IMG/VR virus record: IMGVR_UViG_3300020171_000031
Span: 1-59,359 of that record
From: a virus
Taxonomy: Duplodnaviria > Caudoviricetes
Reading direction: 5' to 3' (one strand)
Length of the DNA stretch: 59,359 nucleotides
A model generated the notes under the pieces. That model saw only the letters and a list, made by a program, of their open reading frames with translations, made no database searches and was not told the origin of the DNA. This document shows positions 9,392 through 18,965 of the stretch, piece after piece. How positions within the stretch are numbered: position 1 is the stretch's first letter; the number at the start of each line of letters is the position of its first letter. Both the position numbers and the translations under genes were made by a program.

Positions 9392-9541
9392 CAAGGCGAC
9401 TGCCTACTTTAGCTGGCAGAGGAATCGCCGCTCGCCTCCTTGTGCTATAATATGTCTATGCAGACCGCCGTGGTCATGGTAACCGTAACCTCGTAAGTTC
9501 CGTGTCGGAAGCCGTCTACTTTAGCTGACGGAGGATGTCAC
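9392..9541 (+). mobile_element. Non-autonomous IS200/IS605-family miniature element (both ends, no ORF)
   Basis: Left hairpin ctgcc-tactttagct-ggcag-agga and right hairpin ccgtc-tactttagct-gacgg-aggatgtcac; resembles tnpB-element ends. Confidence 0.6.
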
Positions 9542-9550
9542 TCTACCACG

Positions 9551-10246
9551 TCAAGCAAAGAATGCCGATGTGCTGGCCAGTTGCAGCACCAGGTCCTCCA
9601 CGTCCACATTGGGCCACAGGTCCCAGCTTCCCATGATGCCGCTATCCGGTAGGTCAGGCGCCAAGAGGACGAGGTGCAGCACCTCGTGGACGAGGGCGCC
9701 GGTCTGCGCATCAGGGGTCACGAAGCCCCATTTGTCCTGCCGCGGAATCTCGGGGAATATGATGTCAATGACCGCGCCGGGGTTCCCCAGTATGGACTCG
9801 ATGGCCACGTCGCCCAGCATCGCAAACCGGTCCTGCGGCATGGAGCCTGCGAAGCCACCACCTCCGCGCGTCAGCACAACCCAAAGCTCGGTGTCCAAAG
9901 GTCGTCGTCCGACGTATTCCACCAGCTGTTGGAGCACGTAGGCGGCAACATCTCCCGTCTCCGCGATGTTGCGCACGTACCCGTAGGAGTCGGGCAGCGT
10001 TAGAAATACCGGCGGGGCTTCGGCGTTCAGGGTACGCCCCGACCCCACCTTGTCCGTAATCCAGTTGACCCCCATCAGCCAGCGAGCAATGAGGAGCTGC
10101 GTCTCATCTGCGGTGAACGGCCTGTCCACCGGTGCCAGCACGTACGCTCTGACAACAGCACTGCTGGCATACGCCCGCTTGGTGAGTACCCTGACCGCGG
10201 CTATTGCCCCGAGACCGGCGAGAGCCCATGCCCAACCCGTTTCCAT
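9551..10246 (-). CDS. Membrane-anchored zincin metallopeptidase
   Basis: N-terminal TM; HEVLH motif and downstream GIMG Met-turn. Confidence 0.75.
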   Translation of the reverse strand: METGWAWALAGLGAIAAVRVLTKRAYASSAVVRAYVLAPVDRPFTADETQLLIARWLMGVNWITDKVGSGRTLNAEAPPVFLTLPDSYGYVRNIAETGDVAAYVLQQLVEYVGRRPLDTELWVVLTRGGGGFAGSMPQDRFAMLGDVAIESILGNPGAVIDIIFPEIPRQDKWGFVTPDAQTGALVHEVLHLVLLAPDLPDSGIMGSWDLWPNVDVEDLVLQLASTSAFFA

Positions 10247-10363
10247 CAGCCGCTAGGCCTCCGCTTCGAGCTCGTCCACAGCAGGGCGCCGCAGAACAGG
10301 ACCATCATGGCGGCCACGCCGAGCCAGGTCATCGGTATTTGGCCCCGCTACTGGCGAGGTGGT

Positions 10364-10819
10364 TTACGTGACCTTGCCGTGGAGAACGTCCAGCATCACC
10401 CGGGTGGCCCGCCGCTTCTCCGGTTCCAACCACGGGCGATTCCGCTCTGCCCGGATAACCAGAACTTGCGCTGGGTGGCGCGTTGCCACGTGGTCCAACA
10501 CCTTCTCCCAGTCCAATGCCGTGACAATCGGCTCCAGGTTGTCTACTCCTAGCTGCAACAGGTCCTTTATGCCGCCCACACGCAGCTCCGGTGGAATACC
10601 CCGCGCCCATGCCTCGATGAGGGATTGGCGGGCGTCTATGAACTTCTGCAACCCGTCCGGCGTGAACTGGCCGATGAGGTCCGCCAGTCCGGGCATGTGG
10701 AAACGCTTGCCCGTGCTCCTGACATCATGGTCCATGCCCAGCGCCACTTTGCGCTGCACCTTCAGCCGTATGAAGACGGGACCCACATCGGAGGCCACGT
10801 TCAGGAAGTGCTTCATCAT
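10364..10819 (-). CDS. Hypothetical protein
   Basis: ATGA overlap with the upstream gene. Confidence 0.6.
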   Translation of the reverse strand: MMKHFLNVASDVGPVFIRLKVQRKVALGMDHDVRSTGKRFHMPGLADLIGQFTPDGLQKFIDARQSLIEAWARGIPPELRVGGIKDLLQLGVDNLEPIVTALDWEKVLDHVATRHPAQVLVIRAERNRPWLEPEKRRATRVMLDVLHGKVT

Positions 10820-11979
10820 GCTAGGGCGCCCTCGGGCGCCGGAGCCTCCGCGGACGCCGCAGCCTCCGTGGGCGCAGGTTGCGCCTCCGGCGCTTGAGGC
10901 GTCAGCGCGACCTGGACGCCACAGTGCGGACAGAACATCTGCGGCTTGAGCTGCGCCCGGAGGACCATGAACTGGCCCTTGCAACCCGCACAGGCCAGAA
11001 CGAGAGTCTCCTGCGCCTCGGCGGCGGCGGCGGGCTCCGGCTTGGCCCCATTGGGAGCAGCCTCTTCTAGCGGCTTGTTGCCCACCGGGACGCCGCTCCC
11101 CTGGGCGTTATAGGTGCGCGCCGTCTCTCTAAACGCCCCGATGAAGTCGCCGAGGTTCTCGGTCACCAGATTCTTCGCCTCCTCCAGCATCCGGAGGCGC
11201 CGCTTCTCATTCTCGTCCGTCAGGGTGATCTTCCGTTGCTCCCGCGCATCCTCCAGGTCCATCTTGCGCCACTCGATGGCGAACGAGGGGGGGACGTTCC
11301 CCAGGTCCTTGATGGCGAGTAAGCCCTGCGCCGGGGTGGCGGCCACCACCTGGTCTCGCGGCACGAAGCCCATCATCAAGGCCATCTTGCCCATCCCGTC
11401 CCGTATAGAATCCATGCTGGTGAAGAAGCTGCCCAGAACGTCGAGCGCGGTCGGAGCGGCAGCCGGCTTCTCCGCGACGGGCTCCGTCCCGTCCCGTATG
11501 CCGAACATCCGCATCTGCAACTTCGTCTTGACCTCCGGCGTGAGTTGCCCGACGCCCATCGCCTCGCCCAGGTCGGGGGCGGGTTTGCTTGCCGTCTCTT
11601 TGGCCTTTGCCTCAATGCGTTCCAACTGCGCGGTGAGGTGGGCTTCCCGCTCCTCATGGAGCGTCTGCTCCGCCTGAGTGGCGGCCTGGCCGGCGGCCGT
11701 AGCGCCCTCGCGCAGCTCCTTCATGATTTCGGAGTAGTTGAGACCCAGCGCCTTGCCCGCCTCTATCATGTCGCTGAATGGGCTGGCCGGCTTCTGCCCG
11801 TTCGTGTCCGTCTTGACCGCATCGCCCATCGCCTTGTTAATCTGGATGGCAGACAAGACTTCGGCCGTCTTGGTCATCCGACCTATGAGCTTGTCATACA
11901 CCGTGTCGGACTCCACTACCGGCGCCTTGCCTTCGGGAGTACGCAGTGGTATTGGGAGAGTCTTGCCTTCAAGCGCCAA
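10816..11979 (-). CDS. Coiled-coil protein with C-terminal zinc ribbon
   Basis: AGGAGGT RBS; CAGC...CPHC. Confidence 0.75.
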   Translation of the reverse strand: MALEGKTLPIPLRTPEGKAPVVESDTVYDKLIGRMTKTAEVLSAIQINKAMGDAVKTDTNGQKPASPFSDMIEAGKALGLNYSEIMKELREGATAAGQAATQAEQTLHEEREAHLTAQLERIEAKAKETASKPAPDLGEAMGVGQLTPEVKTKLQMRMFGIRDGTEPVAEKPAAAPTALDVLGSFFTSMDSIRDGMGKMALMMGFVPRDQVVAATPAQGLLAIKDLGNVPPSFAIEWRKMDLEDAREQRKITLTDENEKRRLRMLEEAKNLVTENLGDFIGAFRETARTYNAQGSGVPVGNKPLEEAAPNGAKPEPAAAAEAQETLVLACAGCKGQFMVLRAQLKPQMFCPHCGVQVALTPQAPEAQPAPTEAAASAEAPAPEGALA

Positions 11980-12571
11980 CTCGCACCTCCTGTTTCTGTT
12001 GTTTCTGTCCGTCAGGGGAGAGCAGCTGCGGGAATAGCCTCCCCAACTGCAACTCGTCGGCGTGCTCGTAAAAGTAGCGCGTCACTATCTCGAAGATGAA
12101 CTCCCCCACGCTGGGTTGGTACGCCGGAAACTGAGTGCAGGCCAGGTCGTACAGGACGAGTATGCGGGAGTCCAGCTCGACCTCCTGCGTAACGAAGCGA
12201 CCGCGCAGCGACGCCGTCGTCTCGGGCGCGCTAACGCCGGCGGGCCCCTCCACGGGCTTACCAGACGAACTCTTGTTCAGTAACCCCTTGGACGAGGCTG
12301 TAGAGGAGCTCTTTTCGTCGAAGCCCATCTTGGAGGCGATCATACGGTTCGGCGCTACTACCTCGCCCGTGTCCTCCTTGACCAGGCCCCGGAGGTGATG
12401 CGTCTCCTTCTTCTTGCGCCCATGGGCGATGTGTGTGGTCAGGTCGAAAGTATATCTGTCGAAAGCCGCGCCACAATCGCAGTACCAACGATAGCCCGGA
12501 TGGGGATTGGGGCGGGCGGGCGGGCGCTCGGACGCGGTTGGGGCGTCGGGTCTCTCATCGGGGGTTGGCAC
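11969..12571 (-). CDS. C2H2-like zinc-finger protein
   Basis: CDCG...HIAH; GGAGG RBS before GTG; TTGACA-17-TATCCT upstream. Confidence 0.65.
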   Translation of the reverse strand: MPTPDERPDAPTASERPPARPNPHPGYRWYCDCGAAFDRYTFDLTTHIAHGRKKKETHHLRGLVKEDTGEVVAPNRMIASKMGFDEKSSSTASSKGLLNKSSSGKPVEGPAGVSAPETTASLRGRFVTQEVELDSRILVLYDLACTQFPAYQPSVGEFIFEIVTRYFYEHADELQLGRLFPQLLSPDGQKQQKQEVRVGA

Positions 12572-12647
12572 GCAGCACCTCCACGTGTTAGGATAAGCCA
12601 ATGGACTCTAACTGTCAATCGCCTAGCGATTTCCCAAGGAGGACAGC

Positions 12648-13334
12648 ATGACCACCAACGGGGCCCTCGGTCCCCTGGCCAACCACGTCGGAGTCCGGCT
12701 GGTCGATTGGGCGCTCTCCTGGCTCAGTAAACCACGGAGCGACCCGCAGCAGAGCGCCGACGCCATCTACGAGCGAGAGATGGCACGCCTGACGCAGCTG
12801 GAGCGCATCGCCGCCAGCCCGCAGGCTGCTCACGTGACCCTCCTGGCGCCGATGTCCGAAGAGGCCACCCTGGACCTTCCGACCACCGCCGAGACCATCG
12901 AGGTCTTGAAGAAGAGGCTGGCCAGTGAACTGTACCAACTCCAGCATGACCTCCTGGACGGCGGACGTATCGCGGGAAAGCCATGCGACTGCCTGGTGAA
13001 GCATACCGAGCTGGGCCTCCTGCCGATGGCGAAGGAGTTGGCCGGCATGACCAACGAACCGGTGGGCCACGACATCATCGCGTGGGCCCACCAGAACCTG
13101 CCCCGCATGACGCCCCAGGTAATCGCCGGGGGCGAGTGGGACGAATGGTACCGGAAAGAGGCGGTGTTGCAGGTAAGGGAGTTCCGCAAGCGCCTTCTCG
13201 GAACCGAGTCGGCCTCGGAGGTTGTGCCCACCGGGGTGTGGAGGAAGGCGAATGACCTCGCCGCACGAATCCAGACCGGCGAGATGACACGCGAACAGGC
13301 GGTGGCGGCCCTGAAGGAAGAGCTTAAAGCATAG
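12648..13334 (+). CDS. Hypothetical protein (CDC..H motif)
   Basis: AAGGAGG RBS; divergent from the previous gene. Confidence 0.75.
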   Translation: MTTNGALGPLANHVGVRLVDWALSWLSKPRSDPQQSADAIYEREMARLTQLERIAASPQAAHVTLLAPMSEEATLDLPTTAETIEVLKKRLASELYQLQHDLLDGGRIAGKPCDCLVKHTELGLLPMAKELAGMTNEPVGHDIIAWAHQNLPRMTPQVIAGGEWDEWYRKEAVLQVREFRKRLLGTESASEVVPTGVWRKANDLAARIQTGEMTREQAVAALKEELKA

Positions 13335-13434
13335 GAGCTCCTAGGAGATCCAGACGCAAATCAGGCCGGGCCCCGGTCACCATCCCGCCTCTCCCAATGA
13401 CGGCACACATCCGTAAAACTCGCCCCTAGAGCTA

Positions 13435-13464
13435 TTGACAAACCCCGTAGGGGCATTATAGACT
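13435..13464 (+). promoter_or_regulatory. sigma70-type promoter of the replication/recombination operon
   Basis: TTGACA-18-TAGACT. Confidence 0.55.
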
Positions 13465-13495
13465 TTGGCTCGCGGCACATTTTCAGCTAGAGGCG

Positions 13496-14113
13496 ATGGT
13501 GGGGTATAGCTGTGCCCAATGCGGCGAGCCCATCCTGGTGCCGGACCAGCGCGAGGCCCGGTTGGAGTTCATCGCGAGCTGTCCGCTGGACTGCCGCTAC
13601 CGGGAGCTGTGCCAGTACCGCACGCTCCGACGGCTCTGCCCTTCCTGTCGCGTGGCCCCGTATCGCTATGACTGGCTGAAGGAGGAGTTCCAATCCATGC
13701 CTATTCGTAAACAGCCCTCCCGGTGGCGCAAGATGCGCAAAGACGTGCGGCGTGACGTGCTGGACCTCGGGCCCGAGGCCACCTTCGCCAAATGGCAGGT
13801 GCAGGGTATGACGCGCCGAGTGTTCGGCCAGTTGGCGCGCGGGATGCTGAAGACGGTCCCGGCGACCGAGGGACGGGTGGTGTTCTGCCCGCGGTGCCGA
13901 AAGGTCCTGATTTCCACTGGCGTGATGTTCAGCCACTGTCGCCGGCAGTTCATCAGCCAGGACCATCTGCTCTTGACCATCCCCATTGCGGTTCAGCTGG
14001 ACCAAGTGGTGACCCGGTTCTCAAACTTGGTAGAGGAGATGCGAGATGGAAGAAGCCACGACGACGGAGCAGGAGCAGTACGACGACGCGCAGGAGACGT
14101 GCAAGCGGTATAG
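13496..14113 (+). CDS. Cys-rich zinc-binding protein
   Basis: Several CxxC pairs. Confidence 0.6.
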   Translation: MVGYSCAQCGEPILVPDQREARLEFIASCPLDCRYRELCQYRTLRRLCPSCRVAPYRYDWLKEEFQSMPIRKQPSRWRKMRKDVRRDVLDLGPEATFAKWQVQGMTRRVFGQLARGMLKTVPATEGRVVFCPRCRKVLISTGVMFSHCRRQFISQDHLLLTIPIAVQLDQVVTRFSNLVEEMRDGRSHDDGAGAVRRRAGDVQAV

Positions 14114-15176
14114 GTGCGTCTGCGGCGCCGACCTGGTAACGGCCTGGGTAGCCAACCGCTGGACCATCCGATGCCGCCGGACGCTTGCCCACAGGGAGTG
14201 GCAACCCGTCCCGTCGGAGAGGCAGGCGGCCAGGGTAGCCGGGGCGTCCCTGGCCGTATCGGACCAACCCCTCGCCTTGGTCGGGCTGCCCCCGGTGGAG
14301 ACCGCCGTTGCGCTGGTGCAATCAAAGTTCGACAAACTCGACCTGCCATCGGCTCGCCTGTTCGTCCGCCAGTGCTTTGAGACGGGGCTAAACCCCCTGT
14401 ATGGCGAGGCCGTCCCGCTGGTGTTCACTTCCACGAAGACGGGAAAGAAGATGGTCACCTTCTTCCCGACGCGCGACGGGTGGGCCATACTGGCCGCCCG
14501 GGAGGAGCAGGCACGCTACGCAGGTCCGCCTGCTCTGCGCCGCGTGATGAAGACCGAGGAGCGCACAGAGCTGGGCTTTGAGGAGCGGGACTTCGTCGTG
14601 CAGGCGCGAGGGCGGACTGCCGACGGCACCGAGTTCTCATTCACCTCCGCGCTGCTCTGGACAGAGCACGAAGCGGCGCTGAGCGGTAACGAGTTCGAGA
14701 GAAAGCTGCCGAAGGCCAAGGACCCGTGGCGGATGGCTGAGGCGCGAGCCGAACGCCTCTGGTACAAGCACGTCTTCCCATTCGCGGTTGCCAAGGCGCG
14801 GGGCAAGCAGCTTATGAGCGACGCCCTTCAGGTCGAGGTCCAGGAGCTCGATGCGGTCATCGAGGCGGAATACTCCGTGGACGGCGTGAGCGGCGCGAGG
14901 CAACCGAAGGGGAAGCCTAACCCCCCCCAGTCTGAAGCGCCCCCGACCGGCCAAGAGGCCCCGCCCGGCACGAAGGCTACCACTCCCCTTCTCCAGCCCG
15001 CGACGGAAGAGGAGAAGGCGGACCTCACCAAGCGCGCTTTGGCGAAGCTCCAATGGGACCTGGCAAAGTGCATTGACATGGCGGCGGAAAGGAAGATCGT
15101 GTGGGCGAGAATGACGGTCGGGCAGCTAAAGGCGCTCTCCATGTCGTGGGGCCTGGCCGACAGTACCTCCACCTAG
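14046..15176 (+). CDS. Zn-ribbon plus RecT/Bet-like single-strand annealing protein
   Basis: CFETGLNPLYGE and PWRMAEARAER motifs resemble Bet/RecT; next to rusA. Confidence 0.6.
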   Translation: MEEATTTEQEQYDDAQETCKRYRCVCGADLVTAWVANRWTIRCRRTLAHREWQPVPSERQAARVAGASLAVSDQPLALVGLPPVETAVALVQSKFDKLDLPSARLFVRQCFETGLNPLYGEAVPLVFTSTKTGKKMVTFFPTRDGWAILAAREEQARYAGPPALRRVMKTEERTELGFEERDFVVQARGRTADGTEFSFTSALLWTEHEAALSGNEFERKLPKAKDPWRMAEARAERLWYKHVFPFAVAKARGKQLMSDALQVEVQELDAVIEAEYSVDGVSGARQPKGKPNPPQSEAPPTGQEAPPGTKATTPLLQPATEEEKADLTKRALAKLQWDLAKCIDMAAERKIVWARMTVGQLKALSMSWGLADSTST

Positions 15177-15640
15177 AGCTGCGGCCCAAGGCGAAGGAGC
15201 GGCCCCGCGTCACGCGTTCCGGCAGCCACACCTACACGCCGAAGGCAACGCTAGCGGCCCAGGCCCTCATCCAGGGGGCGTGGCTGGAGTGGCACGGGCG
15301 CCACCTGCGCACCGGCCCTCTCGCCTTGGGCTGCATTTTCCAGTATGGGAAGCCCCCCGCCATCGACATCTGGCTCGACGACTCCAGCTTTAACCTCGGC
15401 CCCCTCTTGGCCGACATGCTGCGGCATCTCACCGCTCTGGGGCTACACGGCTCTGTGGACTTCGTCGAGGGCCTGGCCGATATGGACAACCTGGACAAGT
15501 TGGTCAAGGACGCCCTCCAGGGCGTGGCGTTCGAGAACGACGGCCAGGTCACGGCCGAGATTCTACTGAAAGTGAGGGTGACACCATGGAGCCAGAAGAG
15601 GTCGCCGCGGCGCTCACGCACACCTACATCCTCGCCATAG
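15101..15640 (+). CDS. rusA: RusA-family Holliday junction resolvase (start uncertain)
   Basis: PKAKERPR..YTP and DMDNLDKLVKDALQGVAFENDGQV. Confidence 0.85.
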   Translation: MGENDGRAAKGALHVVGPGRQYLHLELRPKAKERPRVTRSGSHTYTPKATLAAQALIQGAWLEWHGRHLRTGPLALGCIFQYGKPPAIDIWLDDSSFNLGPLLADMLRHLTALGLHGSVDFVEGLADMDNLDKLVKDALQGVAFENDGQVTAEILLKVRVTPWSQKRSPRRSRTPTSSP

Positions 15641-15897
15641 CGCATCGCACTGTAGACCCCGCCGACGTGACGTGCGCCAGGGTGCTGGAGGTGTACCGGG
15701 AGTACATGCAGAAGCTCGTCCGCCGCTCATCGGACAATTTCCCTGGTCCAATGCCCAGATGCGTCCTCAAGTGGGCTGATGCCGGCTTCGTGCTAGAGTG
15801 CGACACCCCCGAAGATAGGGATAGGGCTGCGAAGGCGCTTTTGGAGGGCGAGGTGCTGGTCCGGGTCGCCTCTTGGGCCAAGCCCGACATCACGTAA
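15586..15897 (+). CDS. Hypothetical protein
   Basis: ORF in operon. Confidence 0.55.
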   Translation: MEPEEVAAALTHTYILAIAHRTVDPADVTCARVLEVYREYMQKLVRRSSDNFPGPMPRCVLKWADAGFVLECDTPEDRDRAAKALLEGEVLVRVASWAKPDIT

Positions 15898-15927
15898 CGG
15901 TGACGTACCCGTGACGTTACCGTTACT
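15894..15927. repeat. Iteron-like 9-bp repeats upstream of the initiator
   Basis: gtgacgtacccgtgacgttaccgttac; inverted near-copy at 16345-16371. Confidence 0.7.
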
Positions 15928-15957
15928 GTCACAAACGTGTCACACAGGGAGATGTTG

Positions 15958-16791
15958 ATGGCGTGGATTCAAGTGCATCAGAGCCTGCCAACCCACCGCA
16001 AAACCCTGGCGGCGGCGGCCATTTTAGGGGTGTCGGGCGTGCAGATGGTCGGGCATCTGGTCACTTTCTGGCTCTGGTGTTTGGATAACGCACCTATGGG
16101 CCAGCTAGGCGAAACGCCCAATGCGGTGATTGCCAGCGCGGCCCTCTGGCCCGGGGAGCCAGACGTTTTCGTATCTACTCTTTGCAGCACGCGACTCCTG
16201 GACGGAGCGCCGGGCAACTTGGCAATCCATAACTGGCCGCAATATGGCGGCAAGCTGGTCGAGAGCCGGACCCGGGACGCCGCCCGGCAGCGGGCCTTTC
16301 GCGAGCGCGCACGGCCACCTGTATCTGATGGAGCGTTACCGTTACGTAACGGGTACGTCACGGGTACGTCACGCGCTAGAGTAGAAGAGAGTAGACTTAG
16401 TACTCCTAAGGAGAGTATAGATAAACAACAGTCTGAGGGAGAAGATACTCCGCGCGCGCGGAGTCACGCGCGCATAACGTCGGCAGCGGCATTGTTGGCC
16501 CTCTTCTCACCCACTGAGATGATGAACATAAAGACGCGGTTCAACGGCACCGACTTGGAGTGGGAGGCTGCGAAGTGCGTTGAGTGGCACAGCGCGAAGA
16601 CGAAGGGTGGCCTCCGTAACGGTAAGCTGGGCTTTCGCAATTGGTTGGACCACTGTAAGCAGCGGGAGGTGCGAGATCGAGGAGTCGGAGGAGTCGGAAA
16701 ACCCTATCAGTTCACGAACGCGGGGGACGCGGGGCCTGACGAGTCTCACGAGACTCCTGCCTCGGATGACGCGGGAGGTAGCGCAGTGTAG
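15958..16791 (+). CDS. Phage replication initiator (replisome organiser)
   Basis: MAWIQVHQSLPTHRKT...GHLVTFWLWCLD...IHNWPQYGG; internal iterons; precedes dnaC and dnaB. Confidence 0.85.
   Translation: MAWIQVHQSLPTHRKTLAAAAILGVSGVQMVGHLVTFWLWCLDNAPMGQLGETPNAVIASAALWPGEPDVFVSTLCSTRLLDGAPGNLAIHNWPQYGGKLVESRTRDAARQRAFRERARPPVSDGALPLRNGYVTGTSRARVEESRLSTPKESIDKQQSEGEDTPRARSHARITSAAALLALFSPTEMMNIKTRFNGTDLEWEAAKCVEWHSAKTKGGLRNGKLGFRNWLDHCKQREVRDRGVGGVGKPYQFTNAGDAGPDESHETPASDDAGGSAV
16334..16372. repeat. Iterons inside the initiator gene (putative origin)
   Basis: cgttaccgttacgtaacgggtacgtcacgggtacgtcac followed by an A-rich tract. Confidence 0.65.
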
Positions 16792-17536
16792 CTGCGGTAG
16801 CTCTTTCGCGCGCTATCGCGGGTTGCCTGTGCTACGGGAGGTCTGCGAGAAGTGCATCGCTGCGCAGATGCGGCAAAGCAGGCTCGACGCTCTTGCGCGA
16901 GTGCGGGAGGGCTTCAGACCGAAGAGCGGGATGCCGTACTTGCTGTGGGGCAAGACGTTCGCCACGTGGAAAGGCAAGTCCGCAGCGGTGACCACCGTGA
17001 GGGCGTGGGTTGACGCGTTTCCCCGGACTGCGCGTGGCTATCCATCGCTCTATCTCTTTGGACAGAACGGCGTCGGTAAGACCCACCTGGCCGCCGCGTG
17101 CTGCAACGCGCTCATTGACCGGTGGGACGGCGATACCAGCTCGGAGCGGCTGAGTCCCGTTCGGTACATCACGGCGCCGGCACTCTTGGCCCGGGTGCGC
17201 GCAACCTACAGGCCGGACTCCGCAGAGACGGAGGACGCCGTATACGAGGATCTCAGCCATGCGCCTCTCCTGGTGGTGGACGACGTGTTCAAGGAGACGG
17301 CGGCGGCTGGCCAGGACGACGCGCTCGTCTCCTCCCACACGCAGAGAGTGTACTTCCGCCTGATTGACGAGCGTTATGGGCAGGTCCTGCCCGTCTTACT
17401 GGTCAGCAACACGCCATTGGCGAAGCTGGAGACCCTCCTGGGCCGGGCGACCGCGTCCCGCATAGCCGAAATGACGCAGCACCGGTTTGTCCAGGTGGCG
17501 GGGCCTGACCACCGGCGGGGGCGTGATGTACACTGA
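16766..17536 (+). CDS. dnaC: DnaC/IstB-like helicase loader ATPase (start uncertain)
   Basis: Walker A GQNGVGKTHLA, Walker B LLVVDD, LIDERY, SN, SRI motifs. Confidence 0.9.
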   Translation: MTREVAQCSCGSSFARYRGLPVLREVCEKCIAAQMRQSRLDALARVREGFRPKSGMPYLLWGKTFATWKGKSAAVTTVRAWVDAFPRTARGYPSLYLFGQNGVGKTHLAAACCNALIDRWDGDTSSERLSPVRYITAPALLARVRATYRPDSAETEDAVYEDLSHAPLLVVDDVFKETAAAGQDDALVSSHTQRVYFRLIDERYGQVLPVLLVSNTPLAKLETLLGRATASRIAEMTQHRFVQVAGPDHRRGRDVH

Positions 17537-18965
17537 CCGTCTACCACCGCACTCTATCGACGCCGAGGAGGCCGTCCTCGGCTCGCTCCTCATAGACAGC
17601 GACGCCATCCTCAAGGTGGCCCCTTTCCTGAAGCCGGACGACTTCTACCGCGACAGGAACCGCTACTGCTACGAGGCGTGCATCTCCCTCGCGAATCGCA
17701 ACGAGGCCCTCAATCAGGTGACTGTGGCCCACGAGCTGGACCTGAAGGGACGACTGGACGAGCTGGGCGGCCCCGCCTACCTGAGCCACCTGGTATCCAT
17801 CATTCCGACCCCTCTCCACGCGGAGCACTATGGCCGGATCGTCGCGAAGTGCGCCGGCCTGCGCCGGCTTATCCAGGCGGCTGGCGAGATAGTCGGTATA
17901 GGCTACGAGGGGGCGCCTACTCTGGACGAGGCGTTCACCAAGGCGGAGGATGTGCTGTTCGCCGTCCGGCCGCCGCGGACCCGGCACGATTTCCGCCCGC
18001 TGCGCCAACTGCTGGATGAGTGGCTGGAAGAGCGCGATACGACCGAGGCGTTCTCGAAATCCGTCCCGCTGGCGACGGGCTATGAATCGCTGGACATGCT
18101 GCTCGGAGGCCTCCACGCTTCAGACCTGTTCATACTGGCTGGCCGTCCCGGCTTCGGCAAGTCCGCGCTGAGCCTGAACATCGGGAGGTACGTGGCGGGG
18201 GCGCAGCGGCCGGTCGCCCTGTTCAGCCTGGAGATGGGGGCGGACCAGTTGACCGTGCGCCTGCTGGCGTCCGAAGCGCGGGTGGACTCGCACAGGCTTC
18301 GGCTGGGCTTGCTGACCGAGAAGGAGGAACGGCGGATATTGGACGCCGTGGGGGCCCTCTCGGAGTTGCCCATCTGGATAGACGACTCCCCGCTCCTCAC
18401 CATCGCGGAGATGCGGAGCAAGGCACGGCGGCTGCACCAGGAGCACCCGCTGGGCCTCATCGTGGTGGACTACCTGCAACTGGTGGACGCGGGCGGCCGC
18501 TCTCACGGAGACCGCGTGGGGGAGATGAGCGAGGTGAGCAAGGCGCTCAAGGCGCTGGCCCGCGAGCTGGAGGTGGTGCTAATCGGCGTGTCCCAGTTGT
18601 CCAGAGCGGTGGAGGGGCGGCCTGGTCACCGCCCCCAGCTCTCCGACCTGCGGGAGAGCGGCTCGATAGAGCAGGATGCCGATGTGGTCGGCATGCTCTT
18701 CATGGAGGACCGCTATTGGACGCAAGAGGAGTGGGACTCGCACTTCCCCGCGAAGCCATACCCGCGAAATATCGCCGAGCTGATAGTGGCCAAGCATCGC
18801 CACGGCCCCACCGGGGCGGTGCACCTGTACTTCAACCGGGAGTACACCACTTTCGAGAACCTGCCGGACCAGGAAACTGCGGGCGGCGAGGCGGTCAACA
18901 GCGCTACCGGTGAGATAGGACAACCACGCTTGCCGATGCCGGACGCCACGGCAGGCAATGAGTGA
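17526..18965 (+). CDS. dnaB: Replicative DNA helicase
   Basis: PPHSIDAEEAVLGSLL, GRPGFGKS, VVDYLQL, SQLSR, DLRESGSIEQDAD, KHRHGPTG. Confidence 0.98.
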   Translation: MYTDRLPPHSIDAEEAVLGSLLIDSDAILKVAPFLKPDDFYRDRNRYCYEACISLANRNEALNQVTVAHELDLKGRLDELGGPAYLSHLVSIIPTPLHAEHYGRIVAKCAGLRRLIQAAGEIVGIGYEGAPTLDEAFTKAEDVLFAVRPPRTRHDFRPLRQLLDEWLEERDTTEAFSKSVPLATGYESLDMLLGGLHASDLFILAGRPGFGKSALSLNIGRYVAGAQRPVALFSLEMGADQLTVRLLASEARVDSHRLRLGLLTEKEERRILDAVGALSELPIWIDDSPLLTIAEMRSKARRLHQEHPLGLIVVDYLQLVDAGGRSHGDRVGEMSEVSKALKALARELEVVLIGVSQLSRAVEGRPGHRPQLSDLRESGSIEQDADVVGMLFMEDRYWTQEEWDSHFPAKPYPRNIAELIVAKHRHGPTGAVHLYFNREYTTFENLPDQETAGGEAVNSATGEIGQPRLPMPDATAGNE

